From Myxococcota bacterium (GTDB lineage: Bacteria; Myxococcota_A; UBA9160; JAFDDA01): a stretch of DNA of 64,000 nt. Location of the stretch: contig OZ245817.1 of assembly GCA_965228475.1 (NCBI GenBank), forward strand, positions 4,576,001 through 4,640,000, given 5' to 3'. Position 1 is the first letter of the stretch; the number at the start of each line of letters is the position of its first letter. The position numbers were made by a program, and so were the translations under genes. Shown here in pieces: positions 61,463 to 64,000 of the stretch. The notes under the pieces were generated by a model. The model saw only the letters and a list, made by a program, of their open reading frames with translations, did no database searches and was not told the origin of the DNA.

Positions 61463-61611
61463 CGTGAAGCGAGCCTATGGCGCCCGCTCCACGCGCGTCA
61501 GGTAGACGGGACGGACTTCTTCGCGCGCTTCGCTCTGCGATGGGCGCGCTCGAGCGGACTGTCACATGGCTTTCAGGGAAGGGTCACGAGCGTATCCGCG
61601 GGTTCACCGCG

Positions 61612-62877
61612 CTACTCGGTTCCCGCGATCGCCTCGTCGAGCGCCGCCGTGCGCGTGCGTGCGCCCTTGCCCTGTTTGCGCCAGCGCGCCGGGCCCGAGA
61701 GCTCGGGCTCGCGCACGGGCTCGAGGCTCGTCGGGTCCTTCTCCGGGTCGTCGAAGCGGGCGATCACGCCGTAGGTGGTGCTGCGCTCCACGGGCGTGCG
61801 GCCGACGGAGCGGATCAGCGCGCGCATCTCTTCCGCGGGGAAGTTCTCGCCGTGCTGGGAGCCGGATTCGCGGCTGATGGATTCTTCCATGAGCGTGCCG
61901 CCCATGTCGTTGGCGCCGGCGTCGAGGCACATGGCGCCGAGCTTCGGGCCCATCTTCACCCAGGAGACCTGGATGTTCGTGATCCACGGGCGCAGGAAGA
62001 GGCGGCCGACGGCGATCATGCGCAGGTCTTCCGCGGCCGTCGAGCCCGGGCGCGCGCCGAGGAAGTTGAAGAGCGTGTTCTTCTCGTGGATGAAGCCGAG
62101 GGGGACGAACTCGGTGAAGCCGCCCGTTTCTTTCTGGAGCTCGCGCAGGAGGCCCATGTGCTCGGCCACCTGGCGCGGGGTCTCGATGTGGCCGTACATG
62201 CAGGTGCTGCTCGAGCGCACGCCCGCGGCGTGGGCCGCGCGCACGATCTCGACCCAGCGCTCGCGCATGATCTTGTTCGGCGAGATCTGCTTGCGGACCG
62301 CGTCGTCGAGGATCTCGGCGGCGGTGCCGGGCATCGTGCCGAGGCCGGCCTCCTTCAGCCACGCGAAGACCTCGGCCAGCGGCATCCCGCTCTTGCGTTG
62401 GATGAAGTCGATCTCCTCGGGCGAGTAGGCGTGGATGTGGAGCTTCGGGAACTCGGCCTTGATGGCGCGCAGCACCTCCACGTAGTGCTCGGCGGTCTTG
62501 CGCGGGTCGATGCCGGCCTGGATGCAGACCTCGCTCGCGCCGCGGGCCACGGCATCCCGGCACTTCTCGAGGATCACCTCGTGCGGGTGATCGTAGGCGT
62601 CGGCCTCCTCGCGGTGGCGCGAGAAGCCGCAGAAGGAGCAGCCGACGTAGCAGACGTTGGTGAAGTTGATGTTGCGGCAGACGACGTAGGAGACGTCGTC
62701 GCCCGAGTCGTCCTGGCGGGCGAGATCCGCCGCGCGGGCGAGCCAGTGGAGGTCGGCGCCTTCGGCGCGCAGGAGGCGTTCGGCTTCGTCGGTCGAGAGC
62801 TCGCGGCCCTCGAGGGCGCGGTCGAGGATGGTGCGGACGTCCGGCGAGACGCCGCCGAGCAGGCGTTCGAGACTCAT
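61612..62877 (-). CDS. cofH: FO synthase subunit CofH (radical SAM)
   Basis: RNINFTNVCYVGCSFC, PGTAAEILDD, GGFTEFVPL, NIQVSWVK, GANDMGGTLMEESISR. Confidence 0.92.
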   Translation of the reverse strand: MSLERLLGGVSPDVRTILDRALEGRELSTDEAERLLRAEGADLHWLARAADLARQDDSGDDVSYVVCRNINFTNVCYVGCSFCGFSRHREEADAYDHPHEVILEKCRDAVARGASEVCIQAGIDPRKTAEHYVEVLRAIKAEFPKLHIHAYSPEEIDFIQRKSGMPLAEVFAWLKEAGLGTMPGTAAEILDDAVRKQISPNKIMRERWVEIVRAAHAAGVRSSSTCMYGHIETPRQVAEHMGLLRELQKETGGFTEFVPLGFIHEKNTLFNFLGARPGSTAAEDLRMIAVGRLFLRPWITNIQVSWVKMGPKLGAMCLDAGANDMGGTLMEESISRESGSQHGENFPAEEMRALIRSVGRTPVERSTTYGVIARFDDPEKDPTSLEPVREPELSGPARWRKQGKGARTRTAALDEAIAGTE

Positions 62878-63992
62878 GCGGCCTCCCGTGCGGGCGCGGA
62901 CTTCGCGTAGCCGTCTTCGTCGGCGAACTTCTCGAGGGCGGCGAGGATCTGCGGGTCGAAGCGCTCCGGGCGGCCGAGCACGTCCTCCGGGTAGACGGGC
63001 AGCCGCTCGCGCAGCGTGTGGCCGGCGGCCTCGGTGCGCTCGCGCAGGGCACCGAGCGTCGGCCAGGGCGCTTCCGGGTTGATGAAGTCGACGGTCACGG
63101 GCGAGACGCCGCCCCAATCGTTCAGGCCCGAGCGCAGCAGGAGCTCGAGCACGTCGGGGGCGAGGTTCGGCGGCGCCTGCACGTTGGCCTCGGGGCCGAG
63201 CACGAGCCGCGCCATCGCCACCCAGGCGGCGACCTCTTCATCGGGCAGGGCATCGGCCGCGCGCATCTTGATGCTCGGCTTCGGGTGGAAGGGCTGGACG
63301 ATCGTCTCCTGGATGTTCCCGTGGCGATCCTGGAGGTCGCGGATCGCGAAGAGCGTCTCGAGCCGCTCCGCGGGCGTCTCACCGATGCCGAGCAGGAGCC
63401 CCGTCGTGAAGGGGATGCCGAGCTCGCCGGCCTCCTCGTGCATGCGGATGCGCAGGGCCGGGTCTTTGTCCGGCGCGTGGAAGTGCGGCATGCCGCGCTC
63501 GCGCAGGCGCGGGCTCACGTTCTCGAGCATCAGCCCGAGCGAAGCATTCCAGGGCCGGAGCGCCGCCATCTGCTCCTGGGAGAGGATGCCCGCGTTCGTG
63601 TGCGGCAGGAGCCCGCCCTCGAAGGAGACGCGGCACGCTTCCACGAGATAGCCGGGCGTCGAATCGAAGCCGCGCTCGGCGAGCCAATCGCGGTGCTCGC
63701 GGTAGGCGATCTCCGGCTTGTCGCCGAGGCAGAAGAGCGCCTCGATGCAGCCGGTGGCGACACCCCCGCGCGTCACCGCGGCAACCTCTTCGAGGTCATA
63801 GGTATGGGCTTCCGGGGAGTCCGGCAGCTTCGCGAAGGTGCAGTAGGCGCAGCGGTCCCGGCACAGGTTCGTGAGCGGGATGAAGATGTTGCGCGAGAAG
63901 CTCACCGTCTTGCCCTTGGCGGCGAGCTTGCTCTCGAGGGCCGCCTCGAGGAGCGGCTCGCGCACGGCGGCTTCGGTGAGGTGGCCGGCCAA
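62874..63992 (-). CDS. cofG: FO synthase subunit CofG (radical SAM); 5' end may lie beyond the window
   Basis: FIPLTNLCRDRCAYCTF, LPHTNAG, FTTGLLLGIGET, QAPPNL, DWGGVSPVT.DFINPE. Confidence 0.92.
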   Translation of the reverse strand: MAGHLTEAAVREPLLEAALESKLAAKGKTVSFSRNIFIPLTNLCRDRCAYCTFAKLPDSPEAHTYDLEEVAAVTRGGVATGCIEALFCLGDKPEIAYREHRDWLAERGFDSTPGYLVEACRVSFEGGLLPHTNAGILSQEQMAALRPWNASLGLMLENVSPRLRERGMPHFHAPDKDPALRIRMHEEAGELGIPFTTGLLLGIGETPAERLETLFAIRDLQDRHGNIQETIVQPFHPKPSIKMRAADALPDEEVAAWVAMARLVLGPEANVQAPPNLAPDVLELLLRSGLNDWGGVSPVTVDFINPEAPWPTLGALRERTEAAGHTLRERLPVYPEDVLGRPERFDPQILAALEKFADEDGYAKSAPAREAA

Positions 63993-64000
63993 GCGGCGGG

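Overview
High-GC bacterial chromosomal window (codon usage and gene content such as F420 synthesis and use, DUF3556 and many lipoproteins suggest a Myxococcota/Binatia-like lineage; this is inference). About 57 protein genes are supported. Housekeeping and metabolic genes: rnd, pepP, acs, sfsA-mutY-smr-aroC, metB-like, ClC, thiC behind a TPP riboswitch, amn, cofG/cofH. Also present are an uncharacterised catabolic operon (2-hydroxyacid dehydrogenase, TIM-barrel isomerase, Old Yellow Enzyme, DHDPS-like aldolase, alpha/alpha-barrel protein, EamA) and three compositionally atypical accessory segments (about 31.8-36.2 kb, 48.5-51.6 kb, 54.7-61.5 kb). Best candidate for an undescribed system: a minus-strand cassette Lgt-like transferase -> CPBP intramembrane protease -> His-rich membrane protein -> lipoprotein-signal RHS/YD protein whose post-DPxG tip is a hydrophobic Cys-TM-basic peptide -> translationally coupled rhomboid protease. 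This could be a dedicated lipidation/intramembrane-processing route for an RHS cargo. Other notable signals: a probable sigma54-dependent ~190-nt structured sRNA convergent on rnd, a DnaA paralogue that has lost sensor I, the arginine finger and sensor II, and a TPP riboswitch with an elongated P5. No tRNA, rRNA, CRISPR array or transposase was recognised. All family assignments come from motif recognition, not database searches.
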